This document shows, piece after piece, positions 51,678 through 64,000 of a stretch of DNA of 64,000 nucleotides. Each line of letters starts with the position of its first letter. Position 1 is the stretch's first letter. This DNA is from Lama guanicoe. Its lineage: Eukaryota. The notes under the pieces are model-generated. The model saw only the letters and a program-made list of their open reading frames with translations. It made no database searches and was not told where the DNA came from. The translations under genes were made by a program, and so were the position numbers. Where the stretch lies: the NCBI GenBank assembly GCA_013239625.1, contig MU054122.1, positions 646,773-710,772 on the forward strand, written 5' to 3'.

Positions 51678-51976
51678 AAATAAGTAGTTCATTTGTGTTC
51701 TTTTTTTTAGATTCCACATATAAGTGATATTATGTGGTATTTTTCTTTTTCTTTCTGGCTTACTTCACTTAGAATGATAATCTCCAGGTCCATCCATGTT
51801 GCTGCAAATGGCATTATTTTATTCTTTTTTATGGCTGAGTAGTATTCCACTGTATATACATAAACCACAGCTTCTTTATCCAGTCATCTATCGATGGACA
51901 TTTAGGTGGCTTCTATATCTTGGTTACTATATATAATGCTTCTATGAACATTGGGGTGTATGTGTCTTTTTGAATC
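51678..51976 (-). mobile_element. L1 fragment (ORF2 end and proximal 3' UTR)
   Basis: tagattccacatataagtgata...ccaggtccatccatgttgctgcaaatggc...gatggacatttagg...gaacattggggtg. Confidence 0.88.
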
Positions 51977-53338
51977 ATGTATATATACACATTCATACAC
52001 AACCCAGAAACTCTTCATGTTTTATTATAATCATGGGACTTGAGAACTTGGGTTTTCATTAATCTTGAACCTCAAACCATTGAGGGGTACATGAGGTCAT
52101 TTTGAAGCCTGTATTTGCTGCTCAAAAGACCATGATCTAGCAAAATAAGTGAAAGGAAAAAGGATTGTCCCAGCAATGCCATTCACACTTCATGGTGCTG
52201 GAAACATCTGGTGGGTCTGGCACCGGGCCAGGCAGGGACTTCTCCAAAAGCAAAGTTGAGTGACAACTTTTAGGAAGAACAGGCGAAGCCATTTAGGGAA
52301 ATTCCTGTGCAATGTGGCCTTTTCCTCATTTTCTACTACAACATCATCTTTGCAATCTTTTGACAAGTAGTTTTATTTAAAGAACATCAATCAAGTATTT
52401 ATGATGGAATTCCCAGTAGGGCAACTTAGATAGAACTTAAATAGGTATCGAATTGTGTAGTCTTTCAATTTTTTAAAGAAATATGGAAATGTGTAGGTTT
52501 TCAGCCTTGAAATCTCAAGCCTGCAATTTTGTCCCATTGTTTACTTCCTTAGAATTTTTAGAATGATAACTACTAATAAAGTCAATAATGCTCTTCTTAG
52601 AATTTCGAAACAAAATGATCACCTTTTACATCCATATCTGGTTGTTTTTATTTCAATTTTTGTTTGTTATTTGGGTTTTTCTGGTATTTTGTGGTGAAAA
52701 TGGGGGCAGATTCATTTATATTTATAGACTAGTAAATAAGTGGTAAATGCCAGGAGACAGCTCAACCGTTCAGTTTATATATCTTCTCACTATATAGATT
52801 ATTTTCACTCCTATTACAGTGATTCAGCTTTAACAAAAACACCTAGAATGTTCTCGATAACATCGTCAGTAAAATAGAAGCATCTTTTAATTTTTACTAT
52901 TTCAAAATCTTCGTAAGATTTAACAGTTGTCAAACAGGTTTATGCATAAATAAGCTACCGTTTTTCAGCACCATGAATGTGGCTGGTATGGTGGGTTATT
53001 TTTAACAAAAAAGCAGCTTCACAAGATAGAGGGTAGTGATAGACCTACTTCAGTTTCACTTTAACAAGCCCCAGGAGATAGAGTTTGCAGTAGCCAAACA
53101 AAAGAGTACCCTCACATTGAAAATGTAAAGACTACATCACACGTTGTACACTGAAATTGACAACAAGCCTCAGTCTACAGCATGTAGATCAGATTGACAC
53201 TCAAGGGGATGGTCTTTGATGATAATTATATGTCCAGGGAGTTGTTGATAAAGAAAGGGTCTTCCTTTCTTGATAACCTTCTGATCTTTGGAAAGAAAAC
53301 TTCGTGTAAATTGCATCTGTGTTTTTCTTCCTGTTTAG

Positions 53339-53496
53339 AGCCAAATGATGAGTTGTGGATTGGCTTAAATGACATCAAGATTCAGATGTACTTTGAATGG
53401 AGTGATGGCACCCCTGTAACATTTACCAAATGGCTTCGTGGAGAACCAAGCCATGAAAACAATCGGCAGGAAGACTGTGCGGTGATGAAAGGCAAA
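53339..53496 (+). CDS. MRC1: MRC1 exon 8, CTLD2 middle part, 158 nt
   Basis: ttttcttcctgtttAG acceptor. Encodes EPNDELWIGLNDIKIQMYFEWSDGTPVTFTKWLRGEPSHENNRQEDCAVMKGK. Donor AAA|gtaagg. Confidence 0.96.
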
Positions 53497-54532
53497 GTAA
53501 GGCAGCTTTAATTACTGATGGTTAGCAAAAGCCACGGGGAAAGTTTCCTTCTGTCCCATTTATTACAAAGCACTGTTTCCATCATTTCTATTCTAGGTGA
53601 AGTGATACAGATGAAGGTTGAACTAAACTTCAGATTCAGTTTCTTGAGTCTCTCTCAATTGTCTAGCAAAGTCAGATTTTCAAGAGGACCAGAAAAGCAA
53701 CAGACAGAAACTTTCAGTTCAAAGATGAAATTAACCCTTAACAAATACTCATATTGTTCTTATGCTTGGTTCTCAGTGGTGCCATATGTTTATATGGCTT
53801 GATTAATCAGTTCAGAACTTTGGTTCTACTTTCAGCTGGTTTCTCTGAGTGAATGTAGACCTGGTCAGATCTACTCTGGGTCCTACAGCTTAGAATCTGT
53901 GCTTGGAGAATTAACGTTTGTTTGTTTAGGTTACATGGAGGTGTCAAATATGAAAAGACGGCTTCCATGTCTTAAATAGCACGTTAGCAACTGAAGTATA
54001 CCGTCAGATTGTCTTTTGTTCTACAGATGATGAACATGGTGGTTAGCAGGCTGGGTTTTGATGCATGGCTTATTTCCTTTTTTGTGAAATGGGCATAATG
54101 ATTGTACCCAGCTCACATGGTGGGTATAAGGATTAAATGGGTTAATGCATATAACGTGTGCAGTGCCTGACCCTGACCCAAACGTATTGTTCAATGAGTA
54201 TAAGGTACTGTTGCTGTCGTAGTGGTTGCTTTTGTTGTGATAAATCGAAAGCTTAAGAGTGTGTATTAGTTATTAAAAGAACAGGCAGAAGTGTGTCATG
54301 GGAAAAGCAAACCAGAGAGCATCGTACATGTAAAATCTTAAAGGACGGTATGGCTGGAAGTGTGAAGTCAGAGGTACACGGGTGAGTAGGAGGAATACTG
54401 GCAATGAGAAAACATGCATTAGCCTGGGCGTAGCAAAACTAAATCTGCAATTTATAAGTAGTACTCTGGCTGCAGAGTTGAGTACCAGGTTGTAGTGGGT
54501 TGACACCAAATGAGAGATGAGGAATTAGAGGC

Positions 54533-54536
<4 letters not shown>

Positions 54537-54573
<37 letters not shown>

Positions 54574-54863
54574 TATATATTTTTTAATTGAAGTGGAGCT
54601 GATTTACAATGTTGTGTTAGTTTCTGGTGTATAACATAGTGATTCACTTATACATATATATTCTTTTCCATTATAGGCTATTACCAGATATTGAATATAG
54701 TTTCCTGCGCTATTCAGTAGGTCCTTGTTGCTTATCAATTTCATATATATTAGTTAGTATCTGCAAATCTGGACCTCCCAATTTATCCCTCCCACCGCCT
54801 TTCCCCTCTAGTATCTGTACGTTTGTTTTCTATGTCTGTGAGTCTGTCTCTGTTCTGTAAATA
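54537..54863 (-). mobile_element. 5'-truncated L1 3' end whose tail has become a (TA)n microsatellite
   Basis: TSD AGAGGCAGAC at 54527-54536 and 54864-54873. (TA)n at 54537-54580. Confidence 0.85.
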
Positions 54864-55510
54864 AGAGGCAGACAAGATTGAAGACAGTTTTCAAGGGGTT
54901 AAGCAGGTAAGGGAAGGAGAGGAGAGGTCATTTTAAGGCGAAATCTCCAGGGAAGGAGGAAAGGTAGAATCTGAAGTCGAGTGAGAGATGGCACCTTAGA
55001 TCCAGGAGGATACTCATCAATAGAAATAGGAGGAAGGGAGGAAAGAAGACTGGTTTCTTGTGTGTTTTCAGGTTGGGCGTGTTGCACGGAGGAGTTCCTC
55101 CTGGATGGCTTTATAGATACTCAGTTAACTTGAAAACAGGTGACTGTCAGTGTAGGCGAGGAGGCTGCCTGCAAACCTTCTGTTGGGACCATCGTTTAGG
55201 GACTTACAAGCATTTTTATTTTCTCTCTAGAGCCCTTTCTTTAGTGGCTTGATAGTGAAGATATAAAAACACTCTGGGGCTGCAATCTCTTTTCACATCT
55301 CTGTAGCCAGAGTCAGATTTGCAATTTCCTTGTAAAATATCCATTTACCTTTCCTTTTCAAAGATGCCACTTTCTCTTCATGACCTCAAATCTTTGTTTT
55401 CCATGTCGGAGGTACTCTTACAAGAAAATACCACCAAAGGCAAACAACTGATAATCATTAAGGGTTTTTTTTTTGTTTTTTTGGTTTTTTTTTCTCTTTG
55501 CTTTCTGCAG

Positions 55511-55621
55511 GATGGGTACTGGGCAGATCGGGCCTGCGAACGGCCTCTTGGCTACATCTGTAAGACGAAATCACAAGCCCAAACTTCAGGAATAGTGGAA
55601 GGAGAAACAGGCTGCCGGAAA
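55511..55621 (+). CDS. MRC1: MRC1 exon 9, CTLD2 C-terminus and linker, 111 nt; later exons lie beyond the window
   Basis: Long pyrimidine tract plus tgcAG. Encodes DGYWADRACERPLGYICKTKSQAQTSGIVEGETGCRK. Donor AAA|gtgagt. Exons 1-9 sum to 1518 nt (506 codons) with no stop. Confidence 0.96.
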
Positions 55622-58465
55622 GTGAGTAAAAGAACACACATGATGGTTTCAGAGCAGCAAATGGGGATGTGACGTACTGAGCTTTACTTTTGTCTGCGAA
55701 AGTCCCTGGTTGCTGTCATAGGAGCCAAGTGCTTCAGCTGTTTCAATGTTTGGTGGCTTATTGCGGCACTTTTGTGTCATTGTTGTCCCTCAAGCTCTCT
55801 CTGCGTATTCCCTCTACGGTGTACGTGTGATCAGTAACTGCTTTCCCAATGTCATGGGAATTATAGGAACGAGACCAGGGAATAAGACAGTGCACCGGAT
55901 GGAGCCTGATGAGGGTAAGGAGGTGAAGGCAAGCCATCAAGGTGCTGGAAGTCCATGACCCTATGAGCCATCAGGGATATTTCCAGTAGATAACCTTAAG
56001 TTGTAGATAGCAAGCTATCTTAGTCATTTTTTTCCATTTATAGTATTTCTGAGCCAGTTTCTGGTGGGGATTCTTCTCGGGAGATCCCTGCACTGGGAGG
56101 CAGGAGGTTTAGACTCTAGCTGGTAGTAGCAGCTAGTAACTCAGTTAAACCAAGAAAAACCAGGCAACCCTATCGGGCTTCCATGTCACCGGCACGACAC
56201 TTAGGAACACCTCCCCGCAGATCCTGTATTTCTTTGAGGTTAGAGTAAATGATCTCGGTGAAGCAGTTTCTAAAAACGTTAAAAGAAGCTACAAAAAGCC
56301 AGGGTGCATGATTATCATTTTCCTGTTTGATTGCTGAGTTACCCGTCTTCCTCTTTTTTCCTTTCTCACTTCTCTTGGATAAAAATAAAGTAGAAACCAA
56401 TTTTCCTTCCAAGAGTATCACGTTATGATCACAAATCATCTTACAACAAATATTAGAATTCATGAAACATAATTTAGTGATGTACAGTTAAACCATAAAG
56501 AAAAATAGAGAAAACACAGGAATCACAGAATGTGAGAGAGATCAAGGATGTTAGTGATGATCAAAATCCCCCTTTTAATTTTTGCATCCTGGAAATTTCA
56601 GCCCAGAGAGGCATTAATTTTTTTAGAGTGACACAGAAGCAAGACTAGAACCCAGGTCTCCTGCCACAAAGTCATTATGCTTCCGTGGTTTATTTCGTTC
56701 CCAGTACATTTATATTTTCTTTGCCTAATCATGTGCATATACAGGAGATTGTACATTATTGTAATTTTCTTTAAGTAATAAACCAATATTCAAAGTTTAT
56801 TACTTCTACACAATCATAATTTTATATATATATTTTTTCTAATTGTCACATCTACAGTCTCTGATAAAATCCAATTTAATCATTAGGCTGGAAATAAGAA
56901 AATACCAGGCAACTGTTTGTTGAGTGTGGTTATTATACTCTCAATGATCTTAAAAGATAAACATTACATTTCTAATTAGGCAGGAGAGGAAACAAGTGCA
57001 GAGATAATAATTCGGCCAACTTAAAAACACATGCTCTAGACAGTGATTTCCCCAGAGCTGGGAAGACTAGGAAAATAATCTATTTGCCAGCAAAGGAAGA
57101 TGACAGAATAATTTTTTTGCCTGGGCACTTGGTGGTAGGGGTATTTCTAAGAATCAGGGCTACTATGACCTGCTGTCATAAAGATCTGGGATTCAGTTAT
57201 CAATTCATTGCTGCCTGTGTGGGAAAGTAAGAAATTGATCTAAGAAATTATCATGAAGTGGTCCCAAGTTACTAATATTCCTGGATGTCTGATAGAGGCA
57301 AATGTAAATCCTCTTTGTAGAGAAGTCCCCCTTTCCAGGCTGATCAAGGATCCCACAGCTGAGTCTGAAATTCAGAATCATATCCCACCAGGAGCTTTAG
57401 ATGGTGGAATTAATGGGTATGATATTAAAGTGAATCTGTTTTAACAGGCTTACAGAAATAAAAGGTGGAATTGAAACCGTGAACCTGCCACCAAGTTTTG
57501 TGATGTAATGTTTTCGTATAATTCAATTCTAAACATTTTTTATTTCCACTGAGATTCTTTTGTGACCCATTAGCTATTTAAAAATGTGTATATGTGTGTA
57601 TGTGTGTGTGTGATTGTAGTGCTGGAAGTTTCGGTGTTGGGGGTTTGGTTTGTTTTTCAGTTTCTAAATAATTGGGAGGTACTATTGATTTTAACCTCAT
57701 GACACTGTGATCATATAAAATTTTGAGGGTTGTAATTTGTTGAGATTTTCTTCATGGTCTAGTTCATAGTCAGTTTTTGTAAACTTCCATGTGTTCTTGA
57801 ACAGAATAATCTTTGATTTGGGTCTTCAAGGTCTATGTATGTGGACTAGATTAAATTTATTAGGTTACTAGATAAGACTTATTACTAGATAAAACTTATT
57901 AATGTTTATTCCACATAAACTTTTAAAATGTTTTAAGTTTTGAAACAGTGTGAGACTCACAGGGGTTTAAAAAAAAGTACAGAAAATTCTCCTAAATCAT
58001 CCATTTTGCTTCCTCCACTGAGAACGTCTTATCTAACCAAAGTACATTATCGCAACAGGCAACTGGCGTGGATACGCTTTTATTAACTAAACCACAGATC
58101 TTACTACTCTCCCATTCTGTAACCTCCCACTCCCAGCTGCTGATCTTTGCTATTTGTACACACAGTTAGATCTGGATTTACCAACATTTATCAATTTCTT
58201 TGCTCACTGTAGAATTTAGCCCACTCATGCTTCTTAACTTTACTGTCTTGCCAAAGTAAATCTTTTAGAAGTTCTTTCACTGGAATTTGGGAGTGGAAAA
58301 GACTGTCTTTGTCTAAAAATATCTTGAATTCATCTTCACCACACATAATAATTTAGGTAGGTTGTTTTAGAATTCTATACTGACAGCTGTTTTCTGACCA
58401 CACTTTGTGTATTATTTCATTTTCTCCTGACCTTCATTTTTGCCATTGGAATCCCATTAGACTGA

Positions 58466-58547
58466 TTCCTCTTCCTCTTCCCCTCCCCCCCTCCTCCTTT
58501 CTTCCTCGCCCTCTTCTCCCTCTTCCCTCCTCCCCCTCCTCCTTCTC
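58466..58547. repeat. (CCT)n-like polypyrimidine low-complexity tract
   Basis: Directly visible. Confidence 0.85.
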
Positions 58548-59261
58548 GTGGGTGCTCTATATTTTCTTTGATTGATTTTAAAGATCTTAAGATCAAAGAT
58601 CATTGTCTTTGTTCTTAGTACAATATGTTGAGATTTGGATTTATTTATTGGTTCCATACTCAGTGTGCATCATCTTGAAGATTTGTATCTTTCAATTCTT
58701 GAAAATTATCCATTGTTAATTTTCTTCAGTGCTTCTGAAACTTCTCTCAGGTTGATTTTCAACCTTCTTTTATTTTCTATATTTTCTATCATGATTTTTT
58801 AACATCTTTTCATATTCTAATCCCTCTTCTACATTCATTCAAGTTACTGATCTTTCTGAAACCACATTTTCTATATTTAATCTGGCCATTGAGGGTTTTT
58901 AATTACAATATAGTTGATTTACAATTTCGTATTAGTTTCTGGTGTACAGCATAGTGATTCAGTTATTCATATATATAGAGTTTTTAACTTATATTTTTCT
59001 TTTCTAGAAATTCTATTTTTGTGTGTTTTGAAATCCTTTTGTCCTTTGTTCATAGTATTTTGATCTTTCATTACTGATTGTTTCTTCTTTTGTCACTTAA
59101 ATCATTGCAAACATGCTTATTTTTATATCTTTCCTGATTGTTTTCTTCTGTTAAACTACTGACTCTCCCTTAAAAGGAGACATTTTTTTCACATGGTTTG
59201 TAATTTTTGATTGTGAGTTAGGCCCCAAACCATCCCCACCCCAACGCTTAAATGTCATAGT

Positions 59262-62200
59262 CTTTTTTTTTAATTCTTATTTTTAATTGATATGTAGTTG
59301 ATTTACAATGTTAGTTTCAGGTGTACAGCAAAGTGATTCAGTTATACATATACATACATACATTTTTCTTTTTAGTTTCTTTTACATTGCTTCTCATTAT
59401 AAAAAATTGAATAATGTTCCCTGTGCTATACAGTAGGTCCTTGTTATTTATCTATTTTATATATAATAACATGTATCTGTTAATCCCAAACTCTTAATCT
59501 ATCCTTCCCTCACCTTTCCCCCTAGTAACCACAGTTTGTTTTCTATGTCCATGAGTCTATTTCTGGTTTGTAAATAAAATGTGTGTATATTTTTAAAGAT
59601 TCCATATATGATCAATATCTTATGACATTTGTCTTTCTCTATCTGACTTACTTCACTTAATATGATAATCTCTAGGTCCATCCATGTTGCTGCAGATGGC
59701 ATTACTTCATTCTTTTTTATGGCTGAGTGATATTCCATTGTGTATAGGTGTATAGATATACCACCTCCTCTTTATCCATTCATCTGTTTTTTCATTTTTA
59801 AAATTTATTTATGTATTTATTTTACAATATCATATTTTTAAAATTGAAGTGTAGTTGATGTACAATATTATATGTTATAGGTAAATAATATAGTAATTCA
59901 CAATTTTTAAAGGTTTATAGTTATTATAAAATATTGGCTCTACTCCCCATGTTGTACAGTACATCCTTGTAGCTTATTTTATACTTGATAGTTTGTACCT
60001 CTTAATCCTCCACCTCCATCTTGCCCCTCCCCTTATCCTCTCCCCACTGGTAACCACTAGTTCCTTCTTTACATTTGTGACTCTGTTTCTTTTCTGTTAT
60101 ATTCACTAGTTTGTTGTACTTTTTTAGACTCCACATGTAAGTAATATCTTAAAGTATTTGTCTTTCTCTGTCTGACTTATTTTACTTAGTCTAATGCCCT
60201 CCAAGTCCATCCATGCTGTCACCAGAAGCTAATACAACATATTTTAAATCAATGGTACTTCAGTTGAAAAGCAAACAAACAACCTACTTAAAATATGGGC
60301 AGAAGAACTGAACAGACATTTTTCTGAAAGAGGAAATGCAGATGGCCAACAGGAACAAAAAAGTTGCTCAACATCACTAATATCAGGGAAAAGCAAATCT
60401 GAATCACAATGAGATATCATCTCACATCTGTCAGAAGAGCCATCATCAATAAGAACACAAGTAACAGATGTTGGCAAGGATGTAGAGGAAACGGAACCCT
60501 TGTACACTGTTGGTGGGAATGTAAATGGGTGCAGCCACTATGGAAAACAATACAGAGGTTTCTCAAAAACCTAAAAATAGAACCACCATATGGCCCAGTA
60601 ATTCCACTATTGGGCATATATCTGAGAAAAACAAAAACATTAATTCAAAAAGATACATACACCTTACTATTAACAGCAATATTATTTATAGTTGCCAAAA
60701 CATGGAAGCATCCTAAGTGTACATCAATAGATGAATGGATAAAGACAATGTAGCATATATATGTAATGGAATACAACTCACCCATAAAAAAGAAGGATAT
60801 TTTGCCATTTGCAGCCCTTTATTCACTTTTTTTTAAACTTCAAAAACCAGAATTTTATAACTGTCATAAACATCTCCTTTGCATCAAAAACAACAAAACA
60901 ACAGAATACCTATAAATAAACTTAACCAAGGAGGTTACCTATACTCTGAAAACTGTAAAACATTGATGAGGGAAATCTGAAGATGATACAAAGAAATGGA
61001 AAGATATCTTCTGCCCTTGGATTGGAAGACTCCACATTATCAAAATGGCCATACTACTCAAAGCAATCCACAGATCCAAAGCAACCCCTGTCAAAATACT
61101 CATATGACATTTTTCACAGAACTAGAACAAACAATTCCAAAACTTACGTGGAATCATAAAAGACCCTGAATTGCCAAAGCAATCTTTTGTAGGTTTTTTT
61201 TTTAACCTCTTTCTTTTTGTGCTTTGACTAGAGAAGTTCCTTTAACATTTGTTGTAAAGCTGATTTGGTGATGCTGAATTCTTTGGGCTTTTGTTTATCT
61301 GTGAAGCTTTTGATTTCTCCTTCAAATCTGAAGGAGAGCTTTCCTGGATAGAGTATTCTTGGTTGTTAAGTTTTTCCCTTTCATCACTTTAAATATATCA
61401 TGCCACTCCCTTCTGACCTATAGAGTTTCTGCTGAAAAATCAGCTGGTAACCTCATGGAAGTTCCTTTGTATATGATTTGTTGCTTTTCTCTTGCTGATT
61501 TTAATATTTTCTCCTTATCCTTAACTTTTGTCAATTTGATGACTATGTGCCTTGGTGCTTTCCTCTTTGAGTTGATCCTGTGTGGTACTCTTTGCACTTC
61601 CTGGACTTGGGTGACTGTTTCCTTTCCCAAGTTGGGGAAGTTTTTGGTTATTATCTCTTCAAAAATTTTCTCAGTCCCTTTCTCTCTCCCTTCTCTTTCT
61701 GGGACCCCTATAATGTGAATATTAGTGCACTTGATATTGTCCCAGAGTTCTCTTAAACTATCCTCATTTCTTTTCATTCTTTTTTCTTTTTTCTGCAGTA
61801 GTGATTTCCACTAATTTGTCTTCTAGCTCACTGATCTGTTCTTCTGCCTCGTTCAGTCTATTCTTGGTTCCTTCTAGAGTGTTATTCATTTCAGTGATTT
61901 TATTCTTCAACTCTGGGCATTCTTTATATTTTGCAACTCTCTACTAAAAACTTTGCTCTGTGCATCTATACTCCTCTTGAGTTTTCTGAACATCTTCACC
62001 ATCATTACTTTAAACCCTTTCTCAAATAAATTGCCTGTCTCCTCATTGCTTATTTCTGCTTTTGGGATTTTTATCTTGTGCTTTGGCTTGGAAGATATTC
62101 CTCTGCCACCTCATATTGTCTATCTTTCTTTTTATATTTTTAGCTAGGTTAGTTATGTTTCTCGACCTTGGAGAGGTGGCCCTCTGTGGGAGACATCATA

Positions 62201-63235
62201 TGCATCCCAGCAGGACACTCCTCTCTTGTCACCCAAGGACCAAGGTCCAGCCGGGCTCAGGGTAGAGTCTGGCCTGTGTTTGTGGATTCCTTCTGCCCCC
62301 TGGTGGATGAGGCTGGACTAGAGGCTTATGCAGGTTTCACGGTGTCTGCCCAGTGCTGGGTGAACTTTGGTCCTGGACCTCTGGTGGGCAGGGCTGTATC
62401 TAGAGGCCTTTGTAGCTCAGGAAGTCTGCTAATGGGCAGGGCTGTGTTCCCATCTAGTATGTTGTTTGGCCTGAGGCTTCCCTACAGGCTGTTGGGTGGG
62501 ACCAGATCTTGGTACTAATGATCCAGTCAAGATGTCAGCCTCCAGGAAAGCTCATGTAGATGAACACTCCTGGAATGTCTGCCACTAGCTTTTATGTCCC
62601 CTGGGTGAGTTGCAGCTGTCTCCTATGTCCCCAAGAGAACTTCCAAAACCAGCAGGCATGTTGGTCCAGGTTCCTATGAAATCACTGCCTCTGCCCTTGG
62701 ACCTGGTGCACGCAAGATTCTGTGTACGCTTCCCAAGAGAATGAAGTCTCTGTTTCCCCCAGTCCTGTGGGGCTCCTGGAGTTAAGCTCCACTGGCCTTC
62801 AAAACCAGATGTCCCGGGGTCTCCTTCTTCTCGCAATGCCAGAACCCTGGGCTGGGGAGCCTGACATGGGTCTCTCACTCCCACTTAAGTCTCACTCTGT
62901 GACTAAAGTATTCTTCAGCTTGTGGGTTGCCTACTGGGGGGTATGGGGCCCGATTATATTGTGAGCACGCCCCTCCTACCGTCCTGCTGTAGTTCCTTCT
63001 TTATGTTTCCAGTTTAAGATCTTTTTTGCTAGGTTCCAGGCTTTTTTTCCCCCCAATGGTGGTTTAGCAGTCAGTCGTGGTTTTTCTGTCGTTGGCAGGA
63101 GAGGCGAGCCTGTGGTCCTACCACTCCACCATCTTGACCAGAAATCTATCCGTTTACCAGTTGATGGACATTTAGGTTTCCATGTCTTGGCTATTGTAAA
63201 TATTACTGCTGTGAACACTGAGGTGCAGGTGTGTT
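59262..63235 (-). mobile_element. Nested, rearranged LINE-1 cluster: host L1 3' part split by a second L1 that has a 5' UTR, ORF1, inverted ORF2 pieces and a 3' UTR
   Basis: Minus-strand ORF1p MKRNEDSLRELWDNIKCTNIHIIGVPE...KGTSMRLPADFSAETL (61418-61777). Plus-strand ORF2 remnant at 60409-60753. L1 5' start (rc gatttctggtcaagatggtggag) near 63146. Host L1 segments at 59262-59788 and 63160-63235. Confidence 0.88.
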
Positions 63236-63730
63236 AGTCTTACGTGATCTGGGTTGTGAAATATTTCTGCGACTTCTCAGAGTGCTTGCAAGGTTCTCCT
63301 TTTGTAGACCACGTTTTATTTTGCTTTTTTGGCTCTAGATTCTTATACAGTATGGCTAGTGTGAAGTCGGGGCTGGCACCCACCTATGGCACAGACTTGT
63401 TATTTATTTTCAAAAAGAAGAATTTTTTTTCTTCCTGCACCGAGAACCCAAGGCGGATGACAAGAATCTCTGTCATTTCCTCGTTCTGTGGGTGGAGTTT
63501 TCTCATTCTCCTCTCGCAGAGGGGTTACTGTTAGTGGGTATCATCTTTATGTAAGGACTTCAGTTCTTCTTGTTTCAGGTAGGCTGATGGCCAAATATTC
63601 TAATCTGTATGGGCAGTCATACCCCAGGCCCTAGACCCCAGGACCTTAATCAAGGTCTGATACATGACTGCCTGACTATAATCTCAGCATGTGCATTTTC
63701 CATTCCAGCTTTTTAGTTTTCTAGTACTTA

Positions 63731-63841
63731 GTTTATTTTTTTATTTTTAAACTTTTATTTTAAAGGAGATACTGGGGATTGACCTGGGACCTCATGCAGG
63801 TTAAGCATGAGCTCTACCACTGAGCTACACCCGTATCTCCA
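63731..63841 (-). mobile_element. tRNA-derived SINE, Vic-1-like (camelid), with TSD
   Basis: Minus strand reads GGGTGTAGCTCAGTGGTAGAGCTCATGCTTAACCTGCATGAGGTCCCAGGTCAATCCCCAGTATCTCC plus an A tail. TSD CTAGTACTTA at 63721-63730 and 63842-63851. Confidence 0.85.
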
Positions 63842-64000
63842 CTAGTACTTATTTTTGATACCTGGAGACTTCCCCATCTCTCTCTCTCCGATTCTAGTAT
63901 GGATTTTTTTGTTTATTGTTATGTTTTTATTTAGCATTTCTGTGTGCTTGAAGTGTAGGAGAGAAACCACAGCAAATCATGTTGCCAGAAGTTTGGTAAA

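Noticed and set aside
56881..56900. ggctggaaa resembling the expected start of MRC1 exon 10 (GWK...)
   Set aside because: In-frame TAA follows immediately, and there is no suitable acceptor or polypyrimidine tract. Exon 10 must lie beyond the window.
61418..61777. L1 ORF1 and ORF2 fragments (also 2420, 6375, 7369, 7806, 38656, 60409) as host genes or an active L1
   Set aside because: Interrupted by stops, frameshifts and deletions. They are retroelement remnants.
1..64000. Prokaryote-type systems (CRISPR arrays, operons, defence islands, rRNA or tRNA genes)
   Set aside because: The sequence is clearly mammalian with spliced exons. No regularly spaced repeats were seen. tRNA-like segments are SINE heads.

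Overview
Mammalian genomic DNA, probably camelid, judging from three Vic-1-like tRNA-derived SINEs and the young L1 3' ends. On the + strand it carries the last coding exon of TMEM236 (3305-3885), then the promoter and coding exons 1-9 of MRC1 (macrophage mannose receptor, CD206; 12977-55621). The nine exons join through GT-AG introns into an uninterrupted 506-codon frame: signal peptide, Cys-rich domain, FNII domain, CTLD1 and CTLD2. The gene continues beyond the window. The rest is intron or intergenic DNA with many L1, MIR, L2, MLT and MER repeats. I found no convincing wholly new biological system. The best leads are: (1) a candidate 15-nt in-frame microexon with near-perfect splice signals in MRC1 intron 4; (2) the intronic mir-511 orthologue, with changes in both seed regions and a weakened stem; (3) a tailless 35-nt U2 snRNA retrocopy with a perfect 16-bp target-site duplication (TSD); (4) a STAT6/GAS/heat-shock-element motif cluster upstream of MRC1; (5) several unusual L1 structures. 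Gene and repeat family names come from recalled sequences, not database searches. Repeat boundaries are approximate.
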